Sequence record: NC_005872.1
Length of the DNA stretch: 28,337 nucleotides
Direction: 5' to 3' (one strand)
Part shown: piece by piece, positions 17,717-26,067 of the stretch
Layout: the number at the start of each line of letters is the position of its first letter
Numbering within the stretch: position 1 is the stretch's first letter
Notes under the pieces: model-generated
The model's input: the letters and a program-made list of their open reading frames with translations, nothing else
What the model was told of the DNA's origin: nothing
Databases searched by the model: none
Made by a program: the position numbers and the translations under genes

Positions 17717-18526
17717 ATGCGTATACCAATTCCTTTAATAATGGCGGCGGCTGTGGCTGTAGGCGCAATAGTGACTATCATTATCCAAGTCAACCTACAA
17801 GTGCTGGGGTCGTGGGATGATAGATATGCGGCTTTCAACGGCACACACGTCTACCAGACAGGTCCTATGATTTCCACGTCTTATAAGACCCTATACTTGG
17901 GCTTTGGCACGGCTACTTTCCAGAATCCGGTTTCTGTCTACTATCTAGATAAAGTAAGGAGTGGGGCGGGTGGTGGCAACGGTGACCTTGGGAAATATCT
18001 ACCGGTTAGGCTTATGGTTACCTCCGGCTCTCTGCCGACTAACACCTATCTTAAGTGGACTAATCCGTTGGTGTCTACCGACACTAGGGCAATATACCTA
18101 GTAAGCGGCACCTCTAGGGGCTATGTGTTGGGTCGGTATTATGCCTCAGGTGCTGGAGTTTGGGTGGACGTGGCTGTGCCGATATACTACAAGGTGTCTG
18201 AGTCCTCTGTGCTTATCTATCCCATGGAAAAGGCCGCCGTAAACCCAAGTGAGGGATGTACGGTGTTGAAAAACGCCGGCTCACCATTTACTAGCATCTA
18301 TAAGTACGTCTATGCCGTGCTTGATGGACAAGCTTATGATTGCTCTTACAGTAGCTGGTCCTCTACCACGGTTGGTTGGACGTCGGTGGCTTCTTCTGTG
18401 ACTAGTGCCGCCTTGTATCCCTCTCCCACCTACTACAAGGTTACGGTGAACAACGTGGATATCTATCTATCCTATTGGTATGTGGTAAACGCGGACCCAG
18501 GTTATTTTGCTGTTAAACCGGGATGA
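17717..18526 (+). CDS. N-anchored beta-rich putative virion envelope protein ('RIPIP' family)
   Basis: MRIPIPLIMAAAVAVGAIVTIIIQV leader; Tyr/Ser/Thr-rich body; TTTAAAT 27 nt upstream. Confidence 0.8.
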   Translation: MRIPIPLIMAAAVAVGAIVTIIIQVNLQVLGSWDDRYAAFNGTHVYQTGPMISTSYKTLYLGFGTATFQNPVSVYYLDKVRSGAGGGNGDLGKYLPVRLMVTSGSLPTNTYLKWTNPLVSTDTRAIYLVSGTSRGYVLGRYYASGAGVWVDVAVPIYYKVSESSVLIYPMEKAAVNPSEGCTVLKNAGSPFTSIYKYVYAVLDGQAYDCSYSSWSSTTVGWTSVASSVTSAALYPSPTYYKVTVNNVDIYLSYWYVVNADPGYFAVKPG

Positions 18527-18553
18527 CTTTAAATATTGCACCCATTTTTTAAT

Positions 18554-19381
18554 ATGCCGCGTAACTTAAATAGGATTCCGATTCCTATGATGTTGGCATT
18601 AGCTGTGGCCGTGGGCTTAGCTGTCACTATTATTATCCAGATTACTGTGTTGGCGCCTCTACCGGCTGTCGTGGCGCCTATTGAGACCTCTGCCTCTAGC
18701 CTTGACACGGGTTCTAGCTCATATACCACGTCTTTGACTGTGGCGTCGGGCTATTATGTCAACTATCCCACATTAGCTGGTCTTGGAAAGATTCAGCTTA
18801 AGGTGAACACGACGGGGTGGTATTACCTCCAGAATGACTTAGTTCTCACGGTGGCGAGGAGGAGCACGGGTGACGTAACGTTTACCCTAGGCAGTGGCTA
18901 TAAGGTATATGTGAAGGAGATTAACACCACACACGCCTTTGTGTTCTATGATGAATATTCCACAGGCGTCGTGGCTAAAAAGGTCCAAGTGGGCTCTACC
19001 GGGTGGTATATCTATCACCCAGTTACCACAAACTATGACACCACCACGGTAAACACCATTAAGAGTCTGTTAACCTCATTGGGATATACCTATGCCTATG
19101 TATTCCAGCCTAGGGCTGACTACTTGAAATTTGACCCTAGCACCAAGAGCTTCTCTATATATTTTGACTATGTGGGCAGTGACGGCACGGTTAACTTGAA
19201 ATACCACTACTTCACCAACTCCACTAGTTTCACACCTTTGCCAATTAACGCGGCGGTTACTGTCAACGGAATTGAACAAATTGACATGTACAACTACGTG
19301 CTCTATCCGACGTGGGCGCTTTTCTACTATCAAGCAACCTCTAGCGTCGAAACCGCCTTTACAATTACTCCGGTCCAGTAA
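18554..19381 (+). CDS. N-anchored beta-rich putative virion envelope protein ('RIPIP' family)
   Basis: RIPIPMMLALAVAVGLAVTIIIQIT leader. ATG 18554 lies 26 nt after TTTAAATA (the track start is TTG 18536). T6 terminator at 19382. Confidence 0.8.
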   Translation: MPRNLNRIPIPMMLALAVAVGLAVTIIIQITVLAPLPAVVAPIETSASSLDTGSSSYTTSLTVASGYYVNYPTLAGLGKIQLKVNTTGWYYLQNDLVLTVARRSTGDVTFTLGSGYKVYVKEINTTHAFVFYDEYSTGVVAKKVQVGSTGWYIYHPVTTNYDTTTVNTIKSLLTSLGYTYAYVFQPRADYLKFDPSTKSFSIYFDYVGSDGTVNLKYHYFTNSTSFTPLPINAAVTVNGIEQIDMYNYVLYPTWALFYYQATSSVETAFTITPVQ

Positions 19382-19390
19382 TTTTTTCTA

Positions 19391-19429
19391 GAGGCGTAAA
19401 ATTTTTTAACCAGCATGTTTCTTTAGGAT
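19391..19429 (+). promoter_or_regulatory. Degenerate early-type promoter core
   Basis: CTAGAGGCGTAAAATTT is shared with 6378-6394; followed by ...GTTTC...GGAT-ATG. Confidence 0.7.
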
Positions 19430-19822
19430 ATGGGCGAAACTCCGGAGGGTCCAATGCCAAACAAAAAGGGTAAGTCGGAGGGCGGACAGATTAGGACAAT
19501 TCCCCTAAAGTACTACAAACAGGAATATGATATGGCGGCTGATTTGGTGCGGATGTTGCGTGGTTTGGGCGTTTTCATGCATGCTAAATGTCCGCGGTGT
19601 GGGGCTGAGGGCTCTGTTAGTATCGTGGAAACTAAAAACGGGTATAAGTACTTGGTGATAAGGCACCCGGACGGAGGCACGCACACGGTGCCTAAAACGG
19701 ACATTTCGGCTATACTTAAGGAGCTCTGTGAGGTTAAGAAGGACCTAGAGTATGTCCTTAAGCGCTATAAGGAATATGAGGAGGAGGGTGGGGTTAAGTT
19801 CTGTGCTGAGGGAAGGAAATGA
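19430..19822 (+). CDS. Zn-finger protein with C-terminal coiled coil (ORF131-type)
   Basis: CPRC...YLVIRH...TH metal-binding pattern and a heptad C-terminus. Confidence 0.8.
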   Translation: MGETPEGPMPNKKGKSEGGQIRTIPLKYYKQEYDMAADLVRMLRGLGVFMHAKCPRCGAEGSVSIVETKNGYKYLVIRHPDGGTHTVPKTDISAILKELCEVKKDLEYVLKRYKEYEEEGGVKFCAEGRK

Positions 19823-20268
19823 GGTTGGTTGTTGCTGGCGTGGCTCTTGAATTGCTTGACGCCTTGACAACTTTACTCATTATTTCTTTTGGGCTTGGTC
19901 GTGAGGCTAATCCGCGCCTCTTTTTTGTCAATGAGGAGCCTCTGTGGCTATTTCCGATATTTCTGGCTCAGGCGGCTTTTGTGGGCGGCGTGGGGTATTT
20001 GGCTTGGCTGGAGAAGAGGCGTGGCTACATGCGTGCCTACTATGTCACGGCTAGTCCGGTTGTTGCCTACCTAATCCATAAGTCCGTGGTGGTTGTCAAC
20101 AACGTTGCTGTGGGGCTTTTCGGCTTTGAGGGTCTTGACTATTACCTATCTGAGTTCATTAAGACCTCTATGGTGGTAGGGGGCCTTACTTACGGTATAG
20201 TTAGGGCCGTTACTCTTAAAATCCACTATAAAGCATTACATGATGTCCAATTTAAGGGAGAAGCTTAA
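19819..20268 (+). CDS. Membrane protein, DUF5658-like
   Basis: LDALTT...G.G.EANP motif followed by about 4 TMs; ATGA coupling. Confidence 0.65.
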   Translation: MRLVVAGVALELLDALTTLLIISFGLGREANPRLFFVNEEPLWLFPIFLAQAAFVGGVGYLAWLEKRRGYMRAYYVTASPVVAYLIHKSVVVVNNVAVGLFGFEGLDYYLSEFIKTSMVVGGLTYGIVRAVTLKIHYKALHDVQFKGEA

Positions 20269-20386
20269 GGAGAGGTTAAGGCGGATTCCATTGGCGCTAT
20301 TGCTCGCTTTGACAGTTGTCGTGGGGGCGTCGGTGATTATGGTGGTTCAAATTACCGTGTTGCCACCCCCAGCGGCACTTTTTTGA
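20240..20386 (+). CDS. 48-aa ORF homologous to the 'RIPIP' N-terminal anchor (below the track length cut-off)
   Basis: Manual translation MMSNLREKLKERLRRIPLALLLALTVVVGASVIMVVQITVLPPPAALF*; aligns with the N-terminus of 18554. Confidence 0.6.
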   Translation: MMSNLREKLKERLRRIPLALLLALTVVVGASVIMVVQITVLPPPAALF

Positions 20387-20400
20387 ATCGCTCTGATTCG

Positions 20401-20437
20401 GCAGTAACACTTAAAAACCCATGTTTCACTAGGATAT
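20401..20437 (+). promoter_or_regulatory. Degenerate early-type promoter core
   Basis: GCAGTAACACTTAAAAACCCATGTTTCACTAGGATAT-ATG resembles the cassette core. Confidence 0.65.
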
Positions 20438-21031
20438 ATGGCAGAAACTAAGTCTGTGGTGGCGTGGAATAGCCTATACGTGCGGGTAAAGTCTCACTCA
20501 GGGTGGTCCAACTATAGGGCGTGGGGTGACGGCACTCAATACGGCATTGAATTTAAGGGCACTACGCTTGGGTATTGGAAAGATGTCCTAAATCTCCTAG
20601 GGCGCATGGTGAGGGCTAAGGCTGAGCCTCCTAGGGAGGTGGTTAAGACGGCTAAGCTCTTATTTGAGCACGTAGAGGCTTATCTACGGCATAGCCACAT
20701 CTTTGGTGATGACTTTGTCGGCACGGCTGTGGATGTTGAAGACCCGGAGTCTCCTTACATAGACTTTACGCTATACATGGAGGTGACCACGAAACATATT
20801 GACGTGGTGGACCATATAGTGTCCGACGGTGGGGAGGACCTTGGGGAGGCTGTGCCTGGTTGGTTTGTCACTATTGCGGCTACATATGAGGGATATGACG
20901 GAGGCAATGGGGAGGGTAAGCACACGGTTAAGCGTAAGCTAGTGTTTAAGGGGCAGATTGACCGTGACGTATTGTGGCGGGAGTTCTATACAACTATTAA
21001 GCGTGCGGTTAACGCTCTGCCTTTGGAATAG
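20438..21031 (+). CDS. Paralog family member 1 (AKAEP / GYDG / AYNA family)
   Basis: Shares YRAW, RM..AKAEP, GYDG...HTV and RAVNALP with 23326, 23977 and 26068. Confidence 0.85.
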   Translation: MAETKSVVAWNSLYVRVKSHSGWSNYRAWGDGTQYGIEFKGTTLGYWKDVLNLLGRMVRAKAEPPREVVKTAKLLFEHVEAYLRHSHIFGDDFVGTAVDVEDPESPYIDFTLYMEVTTKHIDVVDHIVSDGGEDLGEAVPGWFVTIAATYEGYDGGNGEGKHTVKRKLVFKGQIDRDVLWREFYTTIKRAVNALPLE

Positions 21032-21052
21032 GGGCTTTTTTGGCCTTTATTT

Positions 21053-21143
21053 GCTTTTAAATCGGCGCGCCTTTTTTGTTTCAACTCTCCCCCTTTCTTT
21101 ACGTGAGGCGTAAAATTTAAAAATCCGCATTTCATAAGGATAC
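21053..21143 (+). promoter_or_regulatory. Full promoter cassette: box A (-91), box B (-66), TTTACG-N5-CGTAAA (-46), TATA (-28)
   Basis: GCTTTTAAAT at 21053, GTTTCAAC at 21078, palindrome 21098-21114, TTTAAAAA, GGATAC-ATG. Confidence 0.9.
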
Positions 21144-21644
21144 ATGGCTAAGAAGAAAAAGACCCAAATCCAGGAGGGGCTGGAGGCCCCTCAAAAGGAT
21201 ACTGTTTTTCCTGAGACGGGTGCGGCCCAAGGGGCCGCGGCGGCTACTCAAGTGACTATACCGGATGACGTGGCTGAGCTGATTAGAGCCACGCTTAAGG
21301 TGGCGATAGCACAACGTAAGATATATGGCCTTAGCACTACGTTGACATCATTGACTAAGACGGTGGCTAGGGCTCTGGAGAAATACATTGACGGTATACC
21401 GACGGCAACGCTTAGGGATTTCATCAAGCGTGAGGTGACGGCTATGGGGTATCCGGTTATTGAGGCTAGGGTTGACTACACGGGTGTGCCGTTTATTGCT
21501 GAGACGGTGATACTGTATAGGAACTATGAGGAGATTGTGGACATGATTAGGACAGGGCGCGCGGAGACTCTTAAGCCAGTTATTACGGGTGACGGCATTG
21601 ACCCCATATACGACAAAATGGTTAAGACGGGGTCCAATGCCTAA
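21144..21644 (+). CDS. Hypothetical protein with Lys-rich N-terminus
   Basis: Leaderless ATG directly at the end of the cassette; 166 aa. Confidence 0.85.
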   Translation: MAKKKKTQIQEGLEAPQKDTVFPETGAAQGAAAATQVTIPDDVAELIRATLKVAIAQRKIYGLSTTLTSLTKTVARALEKYIDGIPTATLRDFIKREVTAMGYPVIEARVDYTGVPFIAETVILYRNYEEIVDMIRTGRAETLKPVITGDGIDPIYDKMVKTGSNA

Positions 21645-21909
21645 GAGTATCTGGGAGCTGGAGGAGGAGGTAAGGAGGTTGTTGCTGAGCGGCGTAGAGT
21701 TCCAAGGGCGTAAGGTGGGGGCTACGGTTGGCGCGGATTGGTTCAAGTGGGTTAAGCTAGAGGAGACTAACCCCAGGCGGCTACTGGCGATATACGTAAA
21801 GGAGGCTACTATGGTTACCGTATACGCTATCGTGTCCGACGACGACAAGGTGGACATTATAAGCGTGTCACTAGACAGAATGTGTAGGGGTGGGGGAGCG
21901 CATGCTTAA
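21637..21909 (+). CDS. Hypothetical protein (about 90 aa)
   Basis: In the track frame 21589-21909; ATG 21637 overlaps the upstream stop. Confidence 0.7.
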   Translation: MPKSIWELEEEVRRLLLSGVEFQGRKVGATVGADWFKWVKLEETNPRRLLAIYVKEATMVTVYAIVSDDDKVDIISVSLDRMCRGGGAHA

Positions 21910-22288
21910 TGAGACCCCATTGGCTCAGGTGTATAGGTCGTGTATGGAGGCTGTCAATGATGCTGAGTATTGCGCTAAGGTGATTGACGTGGTTATTGAC
22001 TCCGCGAAGCGGGTGTATAGCTACGTGCCTGAGGGTCGGACTAAGCCTAAAATCTACGTGTTGTTAGCCCCAGACGTTGATTATGTGGCCGGCGTGTTGG
22101 TGGACAAGGACAAGAAGTCGGTGATTATACTACTGAGGGCGCCACGGCATGCTGTGTCATTGCTATATGAGCGTAATAAGGACGGGTGGTTCACTCTGAA
22201 GAGTGCCACGGTGTCTAACAATGAGTTGGCGGCTTTGATGAATGGGCCCTTTAAACTATCAGACAACTCTGAGGGGGATGGGCTATGA
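21902..22288 (+). CDS. Hypothetical protein (about 128 aa)
   Basis: In the track frame 21890-22288; G-rich RBS before ATG 21902; YRSC...EYC motif. Confidence 0.75.
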   Translation: MLNETPLAQVYRSCMEAVNDAEYCAKVIDVVIDSAKRVYSYVPEGRTKPKIYVLLAPDVDYVAGVLVDKDKKSVIILLRAPRHAVSLLYERNKDGWFTLKSATVSNNELAALMNGPFKLSDNSEGDGL

Positions 22289-22587
22289 GGGGGGCTGGTA
22301 ATGTCAAGATACGCATATCGGTGACTGAGCAATTGATTAGGTTCATATTGTGCCGGAGGCTTAAGGGGGCGCGTGGCAACGTCTACACGATTAAGGCCGC
22401 GCAGATATGCGCGGAAATATTCCGTGGGGAGAGTAAAGTGCCTGTGTCGTGTAAAGTGACGGTGAGGAGGTATTTGTTGGGCGCTCTATATGACGCTATC
22501 GTGCATGATTTGACGGACAAATACCGTATCGTGGTGAACGTTGGTAAGGCGTGGGAGTTGTTGGGGTGTGAGGAATATGAGGATTAG
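22285..22587 (+). CDS. Basic protein, possibly winged-helix-like
   Basis: ATGA coupling; a helix-strand-helix-helix-hairpin pattern is suggested by eye only. Confidence 0.65.
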   Translation: MRGAGNVKIRISVTEQLIRFILCRRLKGARGNVYTIKAAQICAEIFRGESKVPVSCKVTVRRYLLGALYDAIVHDLTDKYRIVVNVGKAWELLGCEEYED

Positions 22588-23068
22588 GGGCTACCTCCCT
22601 AGGGGTATTGCCTTGACGTGGTTGTTAGGTATTCCGCTGGAGGAGTGTGACGCGCCTATGACTAAGGATAAGCTTAGGGATATCATAAATCGGTTTATCA
22701 ACACCTCCTTAGGCAATGTGCCGGTGAAATATGATGTCCGTGAGCTGAGCCGCTCTTTCATGATTAAGTTCACGGCTACGGTGTCTGAGCCGGCGGCTAT
22801 GTGCCGTAAACACTCAGACTATGAGTTTAAGGATTGCGTATACACATGCGTCTCTACCAATATACCTCTACAGGAGTGTGAGGAGGTGTGTCGTCAAGAG
22901 GTGACTGAGGAGTGTAACAAGTACGGTGAGACGGCTGTGACTATGAACATAACTAGCTTGGCGCATGACATGGCGTCACTATTTGAGGCTTGTAACGTGA
23001 GGTATTATGCGCACATTGGGGCCTCTACGGATGTCTATAGCATATTATTCGTGGCCTTTTTCGCATAG
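22577..23068 (+). CDS. Cys-rich hypothetical protein
   Basis: In the track frame 22541-23068; GAGG before ATG 22577; CxxxC repeats. Confidence 0.75.
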   Translation: MRIRGYLPRGIALTWLLGIPLEECDAPMTKDKLRDIINRFINTSLGNVPVKYDVRELSRSFMIKFTATVSEPAAMCRKHSDYEFKDCVYTCVSTNIPLQECEEVCRQEVTEECNKYGETAVTMNITSLAHDMASLFEACNVRYYAHIGASTDVYSILFVAFFA

Positions 23069-23130
23069 TCCGCTTTTCGAAATCGGCTTTTTTCTTCTTT
23101 ACAAATAGCTAATGCAGCTATTTGACATTT

Positions 23131-23194
23131 CTCTAAACTTGGTTAGACATTAATCTCTCGGCGTGGTCCGGAGGACCTCCCGCTTTACCTCGGC
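23131..23194 (+). repeat. 64-nt dispersed intergenic repeat (copy 2)
   Basis: 60/64 identical to 9517-9580. Confidence 0.9.
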
Positions 23195-23234
23195 ACTCGG
23201 CGCGCTTTGGCCCCTATTTCCTATCGCTATATTT

Positions 23235-23325
23235 GCTTTTAAATAAGCGTGCTTTTTATGTTTCAATTGTCCTCCTTACTTTACGGAGGCCGTAAACTTT
23301 AAAAATCCGTGTTTCATAGGGATAC
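23235..23325 (+). promoter_or_regulatory. Full promoter cassette
   Basis: Box A 23235, box B GTTTCAAT 23260, perfect palindrome 23280-23296, ATG 23326. Confidence 0.9.
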
Positions 23326-23862
23326 ATGGTCAGGTCCAAAATAACTCCGGAGGAGGGTCCGACTAAAAAGAAGGTTTTTTTAAAGGTGAGGGCAGGTGGG
23401 GCAGAAACTGAATATACCGCGGTCTACGAGGACCTTGAAATCGGGGGGCTGACTAGGGGCGGCAGGAGTGACGTCAAGAAGGTCCTAAGGCGGATTATTA
23501 GGGCGTATAATGACCTCCCAGAGGACGTGGTTAGGGCGGCTATCACGGTGATTAACCACATATTGTCGGCTGTCAACTTGGGCGTCAAGGAGGCATGGGG
23601 TGGCGTGAGCGTAGAGGTGGGGGATAATGACAAATTGACCCTACGCATCTCCCTCTACCACTACATTGACAATGAGAGGGATGAAAGTGGTTGGGCTGGG
23701 GAGATAAAGGCTAGCTTTATCGGCTATGATGGCTTGTTTGCGGATAGCTCACACACGGTGATTAAAAGAGTCAACTACGGTGAGGATATAGACGCTATGA
23801 GCCTCTACCGTGAGTTGATTAGGGTGGCTAGACACGCTTACAACGCAATACCGTCTTATTAG
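23326..23862 (+). CDS. Paralog family member 2
   Basis: GEIKASFIGYDG...HTV and ARHAYNAIP. Confidence 0.85.
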   Translation: MVRSKITPEEGPTKKKVFLKVRAGGAETEYTAVYEDLEIGGLTRGGRSDVKKVLRRIIRAYNDLPEDVVRAAITVINHILSAVNLGVKEAWGGVSVEVGDNDKLTLRISLYHYIDNERDESGWAGEIKASFIGYDGLFADSSHTVIKRVNYGEDIDAMSLYRELIRVARHAYNAIPSY

Positions 23863-23885
23863 GCCGGAGGCTAGACGCTTAATTT

Positions 23886-23976
23886 GCTTTTAAATCGGCG
23901 CGCCTTTTTTGTTTCAACTCTCCCCCCGTCTTTACGTGGGGCGTAAAATTTAAAAATCTAGGTTTCATAGGGATAC
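23886..23976 (+). promoter_or_regulatory. Full promoter cassette
   Basis: Box A 23886, box B 23911, perfect palindrome 23931-23947. 23882-23926 is identical to 21049-21093 (45 bp). Confidence 0.9.
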
Positions 23977-24489
23977 ATGGCCCACACACAAAATACTGGG
24001 GCTGTCAAAAAAAGGAGGATTTTTTTGAACGTCTGGGGGCATGATGAATTTGAGGAGAATGACGGCAGGACCTACTACCACGCTAGAATCGGTAAGCTAG
24101 AGGTAGAGGGGTGGGCTTACTATGCGGACCGTGCCGATATCAAAAAGTTGCTGGAAAAGGCTCTAAAGGCTCAGGAGCCCCTACCGGAGAAGGTAGAGAA
24201 GGCTATTGACTCTATAGTTAACCACTTGATTGCGGTGGTCCAATTGGGCTCTACCACGGCGGCGGCACATGCTGGCTTTGACTATAATGAGAGGGAGGGG
24301 ATTAGCTTTACGGCGGAGATGTTCTATGATGATAACGGTGGGTGGGGCATGGAGGTTAGGGTGGTTAACAATAGGTATAACGGCATGATTAGGCTGGTTA
24401 AGAGGGTCCGCTTAAAGGAGGTGTCTACGGAGGCTATTCGTAAGGTGGTGGCTAAGGTGGTGCGGCAGGCTTATAACGCCTACCTTTAA
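23977..24489 (+). CDS. Paralog family member 3
   Basis: DIKKLL..ALKAQEPLP, NHL.AVVQLG and RQAYNAYL. Confidence 0.85.
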   Translation: MAHTQNTGAVKKRRIFLNVWGHDEFEENDGRTYYHARIGKLEVEGWAYYADRADIKKLLEKALKAQEPLPEKVEKAIDSIVNHLIAVVQLGSTTAAAHAGFDYNEREGISFTAEMFYDDNGGWGMEVRVVNNRYNGMIRLVKRVRLKEVSTEAIRKVVAKVVRQAYNAYL

Positions 24490-24503
24490 CAACGCCTTAA
24501 GGT

Positions 24504-24595
24504 CTTTTTAAATAAGCACGCTTTTTTCCTTTCTATTCTCCCCCCGTCTTTACGTGGGCAGTAAAATTTAAAAATCCCGATTTCACAATGATACC
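24504..24595 (+). promoter_or_regulatory. Full promoter cassette (variant)
   Basis: Box A variant 24504, box B variant CTTTCTAT 24529, TTTACG-N5-AGTAAA 24549-24565. Confidence 0.85.
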
Positions 24596-24901
24596 ATGGT
24601 GACTAAACCCCTCACGTATAACCCCAAGGAAATGAAAAGGATTTTTTCCAAAATCACGGACCCCACGGCTAGGGTAAGGGCCATAGTGGCCCACGTGTTG
24701 GCGGATATACCGGAGGCTTATGACGTGTGGGTGGGGGAGGGTGTCATAACTATTAGGCCGGTCGGCAGTGGCAGATTTATTGGTGACGTGGTGAGGCAGG
24801 TGGTTTGGTGGCTTAAGGAGTTCGGGTGGGTGGCATTGGTTAGGCCCATTGAAAACGGCTATAGGATTGAATACCTCCCAGTGGTTGGCTATGGCTGGTG
24901 A
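24596..24901 (+). CDS. Hypothetical protein (101 aa)
   Basis: Leaderless start at the end of the cassette. Confidence 0.8.
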   Translation: MVTKPLTYNPKEMKRIFSKITDPTARVRAIVAHVLADIPEAYDVWVGEGVITIRPVGSGRFIGDVVRQVVWWLKEFGWVALVRPIENGYRIEYLPVVGYGW

Positions 24902-25361
24902 CTTCGATATTAGGGAGGCTTGTCCTAATCGGGTGCGCTACCTTAATGGTGCTGTCAACGCGCTGATTTTCAAATACCCCGACGTTGACGTGGTTGACAA
25001 CGGCGTGGAACTTGGTCCATGCGTCTACCGCACGATATTTAGGATGGCTGTCTCTAATCCGGAGGACAACAAGGCCGTGGCTTTGGCTATAGCTAGGATT
25101 AATGAGTATATCCGTGACGTAAAGGCTAGGCTTGATGGCTACGGTTGGGAGATTTTCGAAAAGGAGACCTACATAGAGGAGGGCTATGTCTACGCAGAGG
25201 TTAAGTGGATGAGGCGGGTGAGGATACCGGGTAAGAAGTACGTTTCGCTTATGGAAATCTATGAGTTGGCGTTACCGCATATCGAAAAGAACCTAAGGGA
25301 GAGTGCGGAGTTTTTCGAGTTGTTGCGTGGTGGGTCTGAGGCCGTTGCGGAGGCTCAGTAA
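24891..25361 (+). CDS. Hypothetical protein (about 156 aa)
   Basis: In the track frame 24849-25361; ATG 24891 overlaps the upstream gene end with a GTGG RBS-like site. Confidence 0.75.
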   Translation: MAGDFDIREACPNRVRYLNGAVNALIFKYPDVDVVDNGVELGPCVYRTIFRMAVSNPEDNKAVALAIARINEYIRDVKARLDGYGWEIFEKETYIEEGYVYAEVKWMRRVRIPGKKYVSLMEIYELALPHIEKNLRESAEFFELLRGGSEAVAEAQ

Positions 25362-25393
25362 TTGGCGATAGGTTTTTATACGGCTATTTCTTT

Positions 25394-25708
25394 TTGATAG
25401 TGCCACGTGATGTAAAAGAAGTGACTAGGATGCTGATTAGGCTTAACATGCTTATGCGGAGGTTTAAGGAGAGGGGCGGTTATCCCATAATGTACGTGGC
25501 GGACCGCATGGGCGATAGACACGACGCGGTTGTACTTATTGTGGATATCCTCTATGAGGAGAGGGAGCGTGCTGAGGCCGTGGTAAAAGAGGTCTTGGAC
25601 CTCTTGGGGGCCCACAACATTAAGGTGNTTGACCATAAGCTTGACTCTTTCATGGTGCCTTTTAGGGAGGTGTGGCGGTTTGTGGCTATGGTGGCGGTTA
25701 ACCATTAG
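25394..25708 (+). CDS. Hypothetical protein (about 102-104 aa)
   Basis: TTTTTATA at 25373; GTG 25400 fits the TATA spacing; one N at 25628. Confidence 0.7.
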   Translation: MIVPRDVKEVTRMLIRLNMLMRRFKERGGYPIMYVADRMGDRHDAVVLIVDILYEERERAEAVVKEVLDLLGAHNIKVXDHKLDSFMVPFREVWRFVAMVAVNH

Positions 25709-25710
25709 CT

Positions 25711-25974
25711 ATGGCTATGTCGTGGCGTAAGGCTGTCCTTAATGTCGTGTTGTGTATGGCGCTTATATCGGCTGGCTTTGTGTGGTATTTCTATGCTGTA
25801 TTCTACGGAGCGGATAGCTATAGGGTCTTGGTCCTTAAGGCCGTGATGTTCTTTAGCGCTATTATCTTGGCTTTAGAGGCTGTGAGGTTTGCTATTGAGG
25901 AGGAGTATTGCATTGCGGCTTTGCTTGACGTGTGGGCTTTGCTTATGGTATTGGGGGCTGTCTTTGGGCTTTAG
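25711..25974 (+). CDS. Small 3-TM membrane protein
   Basis: Three hydrophobic segments; starts 3 nt after the upstream stop. Confidence 0.75.
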   Translation: MAMSWRKAVLNVVLCMALISAGFVWYFYAVFYGADSYRVLVLKAVMFFSAIILALEAVRFAIEEEYCIAALLDVWALLMVLGAVFGL

Positions 25975-25976
25975 TT

Positions 25977-26067
25977 GCTTTTAAATAAGCACGCTTTTTG
26001 TCTTTCAACTATCCCTCCGATTTTACGGAGGCCGTAATCTTTAAAAGTCCGTGTTTCGTAAGGATAC
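25977..26067 (+). promoter_or_regulatory. Full promoter cassette
   Basis: Box A 25977, box B CTTTCAAC 26002, TTTACG-N5-CGTAAT 26022-26038. Confidence 0.9.

Noticed and set aside
21098-21114. TTTACG-N5-CGTAAA as a Xer/dif or integron attC recombination site
   Set aside because: Arms are 6 bp rather than about 11 bp, no recombinase gene is visible, and the fixed position on the BRE fits an operator better.
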